NCBI GenBank assembly: GCA_963776065.1
Contig: CAVZLJ010000008.1
Location: forward strand, 11,457-75,456
DNA: 64,000 bases
Reading direction: 5' to 3'
Source of the DNA: an uncultured Verrucomicrobiae bacterium
Lineage (GTDB): Bacteria > Verrucomicrobiota > Verrucomicrobiia > Chthoniobacterales > UBA10450
Below, piece after piece: positions 38,473-47,878 of the stretch. The position numbers and the translations under genes were made by a program. Within the stretch, counting starts at the first letter, position 1; the number at the start of each line of letters is the position of its first letter. Below the pieces are notes generated by a model. That model was given only the letters and a program-made list of their open reading frames with translations. It did no database searches and was not told the origin of the DNA.

Positions 38473-39294
38473 CTACCTCTTTATTTCCAGGTAAGCGCGT
38501 GCCTGGACGTGATTCGTCCCGGGCTGGAACTGTTCGATGCGCATTTGTTTCAGGAACCAGCGTCCTTCGATTTTTTGCGCAGACACAACTTCAAACCGTT
38601 TGACCAACTGCGCGGTCCAGTTGTAACCCTCCATCCGCATCAGAGCGCCGCTCGTTTTATCCACCCACAACAGCACGTTGGAATACTGCGACTCGCGCGC
38701 CGGCGCGCGTAACTGCAACTTCCAGCATTTCCGGGTTCGGACACTTTCCTCGTCTAACACGCGCGCCTCAGGCCAGTATAGAAATTTGAATGCGAGATCG
38801 CCGTAGGTCACAATCGTGCCGCGAATTTGTTCTTGGAGCTTTGAAGCACCCACTTTTTCTGCTCCCGCGTCGGTTACGAGATCAAGGCGAGAACTGTTCT
38901 CGCCGAGGCGCAATTGCAGGATCTCATCCGGATCTGCGAATGAGTACCGGATCAATGGACCCGTCTGGACCAGGCGAAACGGAATCACCATGTCATCCTG
39001 TCGAAGCTGACCCTGCAGATCGATCTGCTGCCGCGACTCGACCATGCGCACTGAATCTAGAATCTCTTTGGCCGTCGGTGGCGGTTCGGCGAACAGAGAC
39101 AACGCTGCGAATGCCACACAAATGACGAATGTTGGAATACGAATGAAGAAGGAATGACGAAGTCCAAATGACTGTAGCCCAGTCGTCCTGAGCGAAGCGA
39201 AGCGGAGTCGAGTGATCCGGATGCGTCGCAAAAAAGACTTACCGCGTGATCCCTCGACTTCGTGCGGAATGACCATTGCAAATTCGTCATTCAT
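38473..39294 (-). CDS. Outer-membrane lipoprotein-sorting (LolA-like) protein; N-terminus uncertain
   Basis: The mature part (AKEILDSVRMVE...WVDKTSGALMRMEGYN...) resembles the LolA-like fold family. The only in-frame start codons lie inside the repeat element at 39121-39320. Confidence 0.55.
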   Translation of the reverse strand: MNDEFAMVIPHEVEGSRGKSFLRRIRITRLRFASLRTTGLQSFGLRHSFFIRIPTFVICVAFAALSLFAEPPPTAKEILDSVRMVESRQQIDLQGQLRQDDMVIPFRLVQTGPLIRYSFADPDEILQLRLGENSSRLDLVTDAGAEKVGASKLQEQIRGTIVTYGDLAFKFLYWPEARVLDEESVRTRKCWKLQLRAPARESQYSNVLLWVDKTSGALMRMEGYNWTAQLVKRFEVVSAQKIEGRWFLKQMRIEQFQPGTNHVQARAYLEIKR

Positions 39295-39320
39295 TTTCGT
39301 GCTTCGTCATTTGCTCGCAT
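39121..39320. repeat. Composite nested palindromic element: AATGACGAA copies / family A inverted pair (39182-39218 and 39248-39273) / TTCGTCATT copies
   Basis: aatgacgaa occurs at 39121 and 39154, and its reverse complement ttcgtcatt at 39283 and 39303. Between them are gtcgtcctgagcgaagcgaagcggagtcgagtgatcc and gatccctcgacttcgtgcggaatgac. Confidence 0.6.
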
Positions 39321-39374
39321 TTGTCTTTAGAATGTAGCAATTAAAGCCTGCGCGCGTTGATTTATTCAACTCGG

Positions 39375-40061
39375 ATGGACCAGTCTCTTTTTCACCTCAT
39401 CAACCAACAATGGACGAGTCCGGCGCTCGACTTGTTCATGGCGGGGCTGAGCGATTCGCAGATTTGGCAACCCTTCTTTGTCGCCATTGGAATCGGCGCC
39501 CTCGTTTTGGGCGGATTCAAAGCGCGCGCGTTCGTGATCTGTCTGGTCGTCTCTTTGGTGATTGCCGGGATGGTCACTGGCGAATTGAAATCGGCCGTGG
39601 CTCGTCACCGGCCAAAACAAGTGGAGAGTGTGCGCATGGTGCAGTTGCAAAAGGCGCGTCCTAAGATTCTTACGCTCTTCAAGAAACCGGTCATTCGCTT
39701 TTCTGGTTCCTCGGATCGCACCCGCTCAGGACCATCGTTTCCGTCTGGTCACGTGGTAAACAACACCATCGCGGCCACATTTCTTACTTTGTTTTATCGG
39801 CGCCGCGGCTGGCTTTACTGGTTCGTCACCCTGGCGGTCGCTTATTCCCGAATTTATCTCGGCGCACATTGGCCCAGCGACGTCGTGGCTACGCTGTTTC
39901 TCGGAATCGGTGAAGCATTGCTTCTGCTCGGTCTTTTCGAGTTGATCTGGAGAACGGCCGCGGGCAAATGGATGCCTGCGATCCACGAACGCCATCCGAC
40001 TTTGCTTGGTGATTTCGCTGGCGCGGCGCGACCGCCGGGCGGGCCGCTGGGAGTTGCATGA
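39375..40061 (+). CDS. PAP2 family phosphatase (membrane)
   Basis: KSAVARHRP ... SFPSGH ... SRIYLGAHWPSDV are PAP2 motifs C1-C3. Confidence 0.8.
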   Translation: MDQSLFHLINQQWTSPALDLFMAGLSDSQIWQPFFVAIGIGALVLGGFKARAFVICLVVSLVIAGMVTGELKSAVARHRPKQVESVRMVQLQKARPKILTLFKKPVIRFSGSSDRTRSGPSFPSGHVVNNTIAATFLTLFYRRRGWLYWFVTLAVAYSRIYLGAHWPSDVVATLFLGIGEALLLLGLFELIWRTAAGKWMPAIHERHPTLLGDFAGAARPPGGPLGVA

Positions 40062-41635
40062 GTACCACGCGCGCAGTCTGGCTTTTCGTCGGTGTGCTTA
40101 CAGCGATTCGATTATCCCTCTTGGGAATGACAGATCTTTCTTTTGACGAAGCGCACTATTGGATGTGGTCGGAGAGGTTGGCTCCGGCCTACTTTAGCAA
40201 AGGGCCCGGCATCGCTTTCGCGATACGTGCCAGCACGGCTCTCTTTGGCGCGACCGAATTCGGTGTCCGCTTCTTCAGTCCGCTTCTCGCGGCAGGGACA
40301 AGTTTACTGCTGTTTTACTTTGCGCGCCGTCTATTCGGAGCAACCGCTGGTTTATGGGCGGTTCTTGGTTTGAACGCCACGCCGATTTTCAACATCGGCG
40401 CCGTTCTAATGACCATTGACGCATTATCGGTTTTTTTCTGGATAGCGGCGATGTTTACCTTCTGGCTCGCCGTGGAAAAAAGCCCGCGATTCTCGTGGTA
40501 CTGGCCGCTTACGGGTTTGCTGATTGGGCTCGGCTTTCTTTGCAAGTACACGAATGCGTTTGAGGTGCTTTCGGTTTTGATCGTGCTGGCGTTGGTTCCG
40601 CGGCTTCGACGCGAATTCAAGCGGCCCGGCGTGTACGTGCTGATCGGGACGTTCCTTCTTTGCACCATTCCGCCGATTGTCTGGAATGCGCAGCACGCCT
40701 GGATAACCCTGGCACATTTGCGTTCGCGCGGGAATCTCGAACGCGGCTTCGGCTTTCATCCGACAGAGGTTCTTTCATTTTTGGGTCAGCACTTCATCGT
40801 CTATTCGCCGCTGCTGTTTCTCGCATTAGCGTGGGGTGTTATCGCGAGCTGGCGCCGAATAAATCAGCAATTGAAAGTGCTGTTCCTGATGTGGTTTGGT
40901 TTGCCGGTGTTCGTTTTTTATCTGCTTCTATCCATTAACAAGAGCGCCGCACCGAACTGGGATGGACTAGCCTTCTTTGGGTTCGGTTTGGTTGCGATTT
41001 ACTTCTGGTGGGAACGGCTCGAGGCGAGCTTTCTTTTGCGATTATCCGCGAGCGTAGCGGTGCTTGTGGGCTTGATCATGAGTCTGGTGACATTGGACAC
41101 GGATCTGTTGCGCGTCGCCGGTTATCAACTGCCGCGGAGCGATCCGAGTGATCGAATGCGGGGATGGAAAAACGCCACCCAAGCGCTGGAAAAGATGCGC
41201 AACAATCTCGAATCGCAACTGGGCGAGAAACTATTTCTGATTGCCGATGCTCGCGATCGCGCATCGGAGATTTCGTTTTATCTGCGCGACAAACGAGTTG
41301 AAGGCCCGGGACATCCACCGGTTTATATTCCCGAATCGCAGGACCTGGTGAATCAGTTCTCCTTTTGGCCGCGCTACGATCAATTCGTTGAGGTAAAACC
41401 CGGCATGCAGCGTCCGGACGGCGAAGTTTACACTGAAGAGAACGGCATCAATTTGTTTGTAGGGCGCGATGCGCTTTTCATCAGAGCTGGAGAAAAACGC
41501 CAGGTACCTCATAGCATCGAGGCTGGATTTCAATCGACCGAGCCGGTTGGGACGATTGAAGTGTTGCGCTTCGGAAAGCCAATGCGCGTATGGCAGGTGT
41601 TTCTCTGTCGAAATTACCGCACACTGCCGTTATGA
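40058..41635 (+). CDS. Glycosyltransferase family 39 (ArnT/PMT-like) membrane protein
   Basis: DEAHYWMWSERLAPAYFSKGPG plus about 12 TM segments. The ATG overlaps the PAP2 stop (ATGA). Confidence 0.85.
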   Translation: MSTTRAVWLFVGVLTAIRLSLLGMTDLSFDEAHYWMWSERLAPAYFSKGPGIAFAIRASTALFGATEFGVRFFSPLLAAGTSLLLFYFARRLFGATAGLWAVLGLNATPIFNIGAVLMTIDALSVFFWIAAMFTFWLAVEKSPRFSWYWPLTGLLIGLGFLCKYTNAFEVLSVLIVLALVPRLRREFKRPGVYVLIGTFLLCTIPPIVWNAQHAWITLAHLRSRGNLERGFGFHPTEVLSFLGQHFIVYSPLLFLALAWGVIASWRRINQQLKVLFLMWFGLPVFVFYLLLSINKSAAPNWDGLAFFGFGLVAIYFWWERLEASFLLRLSASVAVLVGLIMSLVTLDTDLLRVAGYQLPRSDPSDRMRGWKNATQALEKMRNNLESQLGEKLFLIADARDRASEISFYLRDKRVEGPGHPPVYIPESQDLVNQFSFWPRYDQFVEVKPGMQRPDGEVYTEENGINLFVGRDALFIRAGEKRQVPHSIEAGFQSTEPVGTIEVLRFGKPMRVWQVFLCRNYRTLPL

Positions 41636-41753
41636 GAAGCCGTTTTGGCAAATCCTGTAGCCGCGTCGCTGTGCGAAGCGAGCAATGGAAAATATCTGCG
41701 AAGCGCGCGCGACGCGTCTCACAGAGACGCGGCTACAGTCTACGATAAACGCG

Positions 41754-42469
41754 ATGGGCATGATACGGACCGAAAGCTCTCCGGCAGTTTCAGTCGTGAT
41801 TCCTCTTTTTAACGAAGAAGACAATGTCCCCATTCTGCAATCAGAATTGAGCGCAGCGCTCAAGGGATTCGATCACGAAATTATTTTTGTCGATGACGGC
41901 TCCGCCGATCGCACGATCGAGCGAATCGAAGCCGCGCCGAATGTCCGGGTGATTCGTTTTGAAAAGAATGCCGGGCAAAGCGCAGCTATCTACGCGGGGC
42001 TCCAGGCCGCGCGTGCGGGAGTCCTGGTGCTGATTGACGGCGATTTGCAAAATGATCCCGCCGATATTCCAAGACTGCTCGATGAAATCTCACGCGGCGC
42101 CGATTTGGTGTGCGGCTATCGCGCGCAGCGCAGAGACACAGTCGTGAAACGGCTCACGAGCCGGATTGCAAACGCGGTTCGCAGCCGTTACACAAAAGAT
42201 GGCGTGCGCGATACCGGCTGCACACTCAAGGCGATGCGGCGCGAATGCGTCAGTGCGCTGATTGCCGTTCAAGGGGATGCATCGTTTTATCCCAGCACTG
42301 GTCAAAGGCGCGGGGTACCGGCTGGTGGAGATTCCGGTGAACCATCGTTCGCGTCGCTTCGGACAGACGCAAATACAGCTTGGGCAATCGCGCCGTACGC
42401 GCAACCATGGATATGTTCGGCGTGCGGTGGCTGCTCTCACGGCGATTGAATTACAAAATTCGGGAGTAA
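41754..42469 (+). pseudogene. Glycosyltransferase family 2 (polyprenyl-phosphate glycosyltransferase, ArnC/DPM1-like), interrupted by two +1 frameshifts
   Basis: VSVVIPLFNEEDNV, IIFVDDGSADRT and LIDGDLQNDP are in frame 0. PFKGMHRFIPALVKGAGYRLVEIPVNHRSRRFGQT is in frame +1. KYSLGNRAVRATMDMFGVRWLLSRRLNYKIRE-stop is in frame +2. The shifts are near 42264 and 42370. Confidence 0.8.
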
Positions 42470-42555
42470 ATCCCCGAACGCGACGTATGGCAAAACGCGC
42501 TTGTCAAGCCATGCGCTGCCGCTAAGCTTGGCCTCCCGTACGGAGGAGTATCCGC

Positions 42556-43014
42556 ATGTCCCTGGCTAATTTACTTTCTGCCGAGCAAATCATCCCCGAG
42601 ATGAAGGCGACGGAACGTTGGTCGGCCATTGTTGAGCTGATCGATCTGCTCGTTAGTCTCGGCAAAATCAAGCCCGCGGATCGCGACCCCATTCTTGCGG
42701 CGCTAAGGCAGCGCGAGGAAACGATGAGCACCGGGATCGGATTTGGGATTGCTATTCCGCATTGTTCCTCCGATCGGCTGGAGGAAGTTGTCGCAGCATT
42801 CGGAAGGTCCACGCGGGGGATCGAGTTCGACGCACTGGATAATGCGCCGGTAAAATTCGTTGTTCTCTTTATCGTCCCGAAAAATCAGTTTCAAACGCAC
42901 CTGCGCACACTGGCCTCGATCGCAAAATTCCTGAATGATCGTTCGGTGCGGGAGAGCCTTGCCAGCGCGAAATCCGCCGACGAAATTTTGACCATCTTTC
43001 GGGAGCGTTCGTAG
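42556..43014 (+). CDS. ptsN: PTS EIIA(Ntr)-type protein
   Basis: 152 aa; REETMSTGIGFGIAIPH (active-site His region). Confidence 0.75.
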   Translation: MSLANLLSAEQIIPEMKATERWSAIVELIDLLVSLGKIKPADRDPILAALRQREETMSTGIGFGIAIPHCSSDRLEEVVAAFGRSTRGIEFDALDNAPVKFVVLFIVPKNQFQTHLRTLASIAKFLNDRSVRESLASAKSADEILTIFRERS

Positions 43015-43051
43015 CTGCGCTGTCCGGACGCCGCAGCGCGGCGTTCCTACC

Positions 43052-44821
43052 ATGGATACTTTTCAATCGCTGCTTGCGAAGAAGCTGTCACACGCGTTGG
43101 CGTGCGCGGGTTTGCCCGAAGCCGGTGAATTGACGCAGGCGACCGATCCGCGTTTTGGCGACTACCAGGCGAACGTCGCTCTCGTGCTTGGAAAGCAGCG
43201 TGGCGAAAATCCACGTGCTCTCGCGGAAAAAATTGCGGCGCAATTGGATGTCGACGATCTCTGCGAACGCCCTGCCGTCGCGGGCGCCGGCTTTATCAAC
43301 TTCAGATTGCGTCCCGCCGCGATCGAAAAGAAGACGCTCGACTTGTTGCAAGATGAACGGCTCGGCGTCGCCGAAACAGAATTACCGAGACGCATCGTGA
43401 TAGATTTCGGCTCACCCAATGTGGCCAAACCGATGCATGTCGGTCACATCCGCAGTACCGTGCTCGGCGATGCACTGGCGCGCATCGCGCAATTCCTTGG
43501 GCACGAAGTGATCCGTGATAATCACGTCGGCGACTGGGGGACTCAGTTCGGGATGGTCATTTACGGTTGGAAAAATCTGCTGGATCGACAGGCGTTGCGA
43601 CGCGATCCGCTCGCAGAAATCGTGCGTGTTTACAAGGAAACAAACGAAGGAGCGAGCACTGACCCGCAAATTCGCGAAGCCTGCCGCCAGGAGTTGGTCA
43701 AACTGCAGGCTGGTGACAAGGAAAACACGGAGATCTGGAAGGAATGCGTCGCGTTTTCAATGCAAGACTTCGAGCGTATTTACAAACTGCTCGACGTTCA
43801 TTACGACCTTCAATGCGGCGAAAGTTTTTATCACGATCGATTGCCTGGGGTGGTAGATCGGCTGCTCGAGGCCAAGATAGCTGAGATCAGTGAAGGCGCC
43901 GTAGTCGTGTTCTTCAGCGATGATCCCGAACTGGTTGATAAACCTTTGATCATTCGCAAACGGGATGGGGGATTCAATTACGCCACCACCGATCTCGCGA
44001 CCGTAGATTATCGGGTCAACGATTTGAAAGCCGACTCTATCTGGTACGTCGTCGGCGCGCCGCAGACATTGCATTTTAAACAGATTTTCGCGATTGCGTG
44101 GCGCGAAGGTTACACTGCCGATCTGCGCCATATCATATTTGGCAGCGTTCTTGGCGAAGATCGCAAGCTTATGAAGACGCGGTCGGGCGAAAATGTTCCT
44201 CTTCGCGAGATGCTCGAGGAAGCGTGCAGGCGCGCGCGGAAAATCGTCGACGAAAAGAATCCGGACCTGAGCGACGAGGAGAAGAGCGAAATTGCGGAGA
44301 AGATCGGCATTGGTGCCGTGAAATATGCCGATCTGTCGCAGTACCGGACGACGGATTACGTTTTTTCGTGGGACAAGATGCTTTCGCTGCACGGGAACAC
44401 TGCGCCGTATTTACAAAACGCGTACGTCCGGATTCGCTCAATCTTTCGCAAAGCAGCTGTAGCCACGCCCCTGCGGGGCGTTACTGAGACGGGGCACCCG
44501 CCTTCGCCGAACTACGACGAGGCAAGCGGGCCCTTGGCTACAACCGTCACACTGAACGATCCCGCGGAACTCAATCTTGCCAAACGACTGTGCCAGTTTG
44601 CCGAGATTGTTCCCCAAGTTCTAAACGGGTTTCGGCCAAATATTCTGGCAAATTATCTATTCGAGTTGTCGAACAGCTTCCACGCTTTTTACGAAGCTTG
44701 CCCTGTCTTGAAATCAGAGGAACCGGCGCGCGGTTCGCGACTGGCGTTGTGCGAGCTAACAGCGCGAGTTTTGCAGCGAGGTCTGGATCTCTTGGGGATT
44801 AAAGTGCCGGAGCGGATGTGA
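43052..44821 (+). CDS. argS: Arginine--tRNA ligase
   Basis: SPNVAKPMHVGHIRS (HIGH), MKTRSG (KMSKS-like), and a C-terminal DALR domain ending GIKVPERM. Confidence 0.95.
   Translation: MDTFQSLLAKKLSHALACAGLPEAGELTQATDPRFGDYQANVALVLGKQRGENPRALAEKIAAQLDVDDLCERPAVAGAGFINFRLRPAAIEKKTLDLLQDERLGVAETELPRRIVIDFGSPNVAKPMHVGHIRSTVLGDALARIAQFLGHEVIRDNHVGDWGTQFGMVIYGWKNLLDRQALRRDPLAEIVRVYKETNEGASTDPQIREACRQELVKLQAGDKENTEIWKECVAFSMQDFERIYKLLDVHYDLQCGESFYHDRLPGVVDRLLEAKIAEISEGAVVVFFSDDPELVDKPLIIRKRDGGFNYATTDLATVDYRVNDLKADSIWYVVGAPQTLHFKQIFAIAWREGYTADLRHIIFGSVLGEDRKLMKTRSGENVPLREMLEEACRRARKIVDEKNPDLSDEEKSEIAEKIGIGAVKYADLSQYRTTDYVFSWDKMLSLHGNTAPYLQNAYVRIRSIFRKAAVATPLRGVTETGHPPSPNYDEASGPLATTVTLNDPAELNLAKRLCQFAEIVPQVLNGFRPNILANYLFELSNSFHAFYEACPVLKSEEPARGSRLALCELTARVLQRGLDLLGIKVPERM
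44458..44542. repeat. Family C-like element embedded in frame in argS (TGTAGCCA...TGGCTACA termini)
   Basis: The tail gacgaggcaagcgggcccttggctacaa resembles the reverse complement of the 49456-49515 copy (gacaggcgaagcgggcctgccctacaa). It encodes ATPLRGVTETGHPPSPNYDEASGPLATT in a linker that is shorter in E. coli ArgRS. Confidence 0.4.
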
Positions 44822-44839
44822 CACGCTAATCAGACTCTA

Positions 44840-44931
44840 TCATCCCGAGCGCAGCGAGCCGGAGTTGCGCGATCCCGGTGGAGTTACCGTTAGGTTTCGC
44901 ACCGGGATTTCTCGACTTCGCTCGGAATGAC
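44840..44931. repeat. Repeat family A inverted pair (tcatcccgagcgcagcgagccggagttgcgcgatccc ... gggatttctcgacttcgctcggaatgac)
   Basis: Lies directly after the argS stop. The right arm contains the ATG (44927) that the ORF track uses for treY. Confidence 0.6.
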
Positions 44932-47797
44932 TGGAAATTGCGCTGTGGTGAGCAAGCACCCGCGCATTCCAACCTGCACGTACCGATTGCAATTTAATCG
45001 GTGGTTCACGTTTGCGCAGGCGCGCGAAATCGTGCCGTATCTGCATGCGCTCGGCGTGAGCGATGTTTACGCGTCGCCGTATTTTCAAGCCAGCCCGGAA
45101 AGTCTTCACGGGTACGACATTACCGACCACAACAAACTGAATCCGGCGATTGGTTCGTACGCGGATTATGACACTTGGATCGCGCAACTGCACGGGCACG
45201 GCATGGGCCAGGTGCTGGATTTTGTTCCAAACCACGTCGGAATCGCCGATTCCCGCAACGCGTGGTGGATGGACGTGCTGGAAAATGGGCTCAGCTCAAA
45301 GTATGCGCCCTTTTTTGATATCGATTGGGAGCCTCTGAAATCTGATCTGCACCACAAGGTTTTGCTCCCAATCCTTGCCGATCAATATGGGCGCACCTTG
45401 GAGCGCGGTGAACTGCAGGTGCGGTTTGAAGAAGGAACATTTTACCTGCTCTACGCCGAGCGGAGGCTGCCGATCGCTCCGGGCACTTATCGTTACATTC
45501 TGGAAATTGCGTTGCAAAATCTTGTCGAATACAAAGACGAAGATCTTTACGCCGAACTACAAAGCATTCTAACTGCGCTTGAGTATTTACCCAAGCGCAC
45601 CGAAACCGATCCGAAACGAATCGCGGAACGCGCTCGAGAGAAGGAAATCATCAAGCGACGTCTGGAGCGGCGTTGCACCGAGGCGCCGCAAGTACAACAG
45701 GCAATCGAAAAGGCGCTGGTCCAGATCAACGGCAAACCGGAGGATCCCCGGAGTTTCGATGTGCTCGATCAATTACTGAACCAGCAGTCATATCGGCTGG
45801 CATTTTGGCGTGTGGCCGCCGAGGAAATCAATTACCGCCGCTTTTTTGACGTGAATGAGCTGGCGGCGATTCGGGTCGAGTTGCCTGAAGTTTTTGACGC
45901 CATTCACCGGTTCATTCTTGAGTTAATAAGCGCAGGCGCCGTGACAGGACTCCGCATCGATCATCCGGACGGCCTCCATTTACCGCGCGAATATTTCGAA
46001 AAACTTCAACGGCGTTGCGCTAAAGCGCTCGGGATTGCGTTGCCGAAAGATGGCCGCGCCGTTTACATGCTGGTGGAGAAAATCCTCACGGGGTCTGAAA
46101 AGTTGCGCGCAGACTGGCGCGTCCACGGAACTACTGGCTATGATTTCGCCAATCACGTCATGCAACTGCTGGTCGATCCCGCGGCTGAGACGGCAATTAC
46201 AAAAACGTTCCACCGTTTCATCGGTCATTCGGTGCCTTTCGGGCATCTGCTGTATGCAAAAAAGCTTCTCGTGATGAAGGTGGCGCTGGCCAACGACGTC
46301 GATGTCCTGGGCAACATGCTCGATCGCTTATCCGAACAAAACCGATGGTATCGTGATTTCACGCTCGAAGCGCTCTCGCGCGCTGTGCGCGAGACCATCG
46401 CCTGTTTCCCAGTTTATCGAACTTATCTCGAGCCCGGTCAGCCAATGAGCGAGGAAGATCGGCAGATCGTCGAGCGCGCAATTGCCGCAGCCAAACGCCG
46501 TAACCCGGCGATGCAAGAGTCGATCTTCAATTTTCTGCGGGACGTATTGCTCTTCCGTTTTCCACCAAACCTCGATACTGCAGGGCGCACCGCGCACACG
46601 CACTTCGTCTTGAAATTTCAACAGACTACAGGGCCCGTCATGGCCAAGGGTCTCGAGGACACCGTGTTTTATATTTACAACCGGCTGGCGGCGTTAAACG
46701 AAGTGGGCGGCGACCCGCAGCAGTTCGGATTGAGCGTTGATGCTTTTCACGAGCAGAATCTTGACCGACAGCGCAATTGGCCGGCGGGCTTACTCGCGAC
46801 CTCCACGCACGATACAAAACGCAGCGAAGATGTGCGCGCCCGGATCATCGCGATTTCGGAAGTGCCGGAGCTTTGGAGACGTTCGTTGCAACACTGGCAC
46901 ACGGCGAATCGCCGCTGGAAACGCAGCGTGAATGATTTGGAAGCGCCAGACGCGAACGAGGAGTATTTGCTTTACCAAACGCTCCTCGGGACCTGGCCGA
47001 TCCAAGCGAACGGCGAACCGCAAGGAGCAGCATCGCCCGAATATGTCGAGCGGATTCAAGCTTACATGGCGAAGGCTTTGCATGAAGCGAAGATCAACAC
47101 CAGTTGGATTCAACCGAATGAAGAATGGGACGCCGCAATGCACAATTTTGTGGCGAAAATCCTGGACGATTCTCCGCGAAACAGATTCCGGTCAATTTTC
47201 TTTCCACTTGCGAAGGAAACTGCGCGGCTTGGAGCAATTAATTCGCTCGCGCAAACCCTGCTCAAGCTCACATCGTCGGGCGTGCCGGACATTTACCAGG
47301 GGAACGAGATCTGGGACTTCAGCCTCGTCGATCCCGACAACCGGCGTGCAGTAGATTACAACCTAAGGGGCCAGATGCTGGAATCGTTGGCGAGCGCCAC
47401 TCCCGGAGAACTCATGCAGACGTGGCCGGATGGCCGAATTAAAATGTTTCTAACGCAACGCGTCCTGCGCTTTCGCGGTGAACACGCTGATCTTTTCCAG
47501 CGCGGCGAATACCTGCCCCTGTCGGCGAGCGGAACGTTTGCGGAATCGTGCGTCAGTTTTGTGCGGCACCTGGCGGACAAATGGATTGCAGTCATCGCGC
47601 CGCGGCTCTCCTCACGCATCGGTTTTCCGCCGATCGGGCAGGCCTGGAAGGACACAGCTATCGAATTACCAGAAACCTTTCCGCGGGAAAATGTCCATGA
47701 TTTGTTCATATGCCGACCCATTTGTTTAAATAAGCGTGAGGTGAAACTGGAAGACGCGTTGTCCGTGCTTCCGTTCGCGGTGATTACGAATCTCTAG
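44927..47797 (+). CDS. treY: Malto-oligosyltrehalose synthase (TreY)
   Basis: TYRLQFN..FTF...VPYLHALGVSDVYASP...HGYD and DFVPNHV; 956 aa. The true start is probably GTG 44945 or 44948, because ATG 44927 lies inside a repeat arm. Confidence 0.9.
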   Translation: MTGNCAVVSKHPRIPTCTYRLQFNRWFTFAQAREIVPYLHALGVSDVYASPYFQASPESLHGYDITDHNKLNPAIGSYADYDTWIAQLHGHGMGQVLDFVPNHVGIADSRNAWWMDVLENGLSSKYAPFFDIDWEPLKSDLHHKVLLPILADQYGRTLERGELQVRFEEGTFYLLYAERRLPIAPGTYRYILEIALQNLVEYKDEDLYAELQSILTALEYLPKRTETDPKRIAERAREKEIIKRRLERRCTEAPQVQQAIEKALVQINGKPEDPRSFDVLDQLLNQQSYRLAFWRVAAEEINYRRFFDVNELAAIRVELPEVFDAIHRFILELISAGAVTGLRIDHPDGLHLPREYFEKLQRRCAKALGIALPKDGRAVYMLVEKILTGSEKLRADWRVHGTTGYDFANHVMQLLVDPAAETAITKTFHRFIGHSVPFGHLLYAKKLLVMKVALANDVDVLGNMLDRLSEQNRWYRDFTLEALSRAVRETIACFPVYRTYLEPGQPMSEEDRQIVERAIAAAKRRNPAMQESIFNFLRDVLLFRFPPNLDTAGRTAHTHFVLKFQQTTGPVMAKGLEDTVFYIYNRLAALNEVGGDPQQFGLSVDAFHEQNLDRQRNWPAGLLATSTHDTKRSEDVRARIIAISEVPELWRRSLQHWHTANRRWKRSVNDLEAPDANEEYLLYQTLLGTWPIQANGEPQGAASPEYVERIQAYMAKALHEAKINTSWIQPNEEWDAAMHNFVAKILDDSPRNRFRSIFFPLAKETARLGAINSLAQTLLKLTSSGVPDIYQGNEIWDFSLVDPDNRRAVDYNLRGQMLESLASATPGELMQTWPDGRIKMFLTQRVLRFRGEHADLFQRGEYLPLSASGTFAESCVSFVRHLADKWIAVIAPRLSSRIGFPPIGQAWKDTAIELPETFPRENVHDLFICRPICLNKREVKLEDALSVLPFAVITNL

Positions 47798-47846
47798 CTT
47801 GGCAAGGGCGTCTGAGACAGAGGCTCTACAGAGTTTGCGGCGATAA

Positions 47847-47871
47847 TTGTAGGGCGTTTCTGTGAAACGCC
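47847..47871. repeat. Family C-like hairpin (ttgtagggcgtttc-tgt-gaaacgcc)
   Basis: Shares the TTGTAGGGC head with 49456. 8-bp stem ggcgtttc/gaaacgcc. Confidence 0.4.
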
Positions 47872-47878
47872 AACGCAA

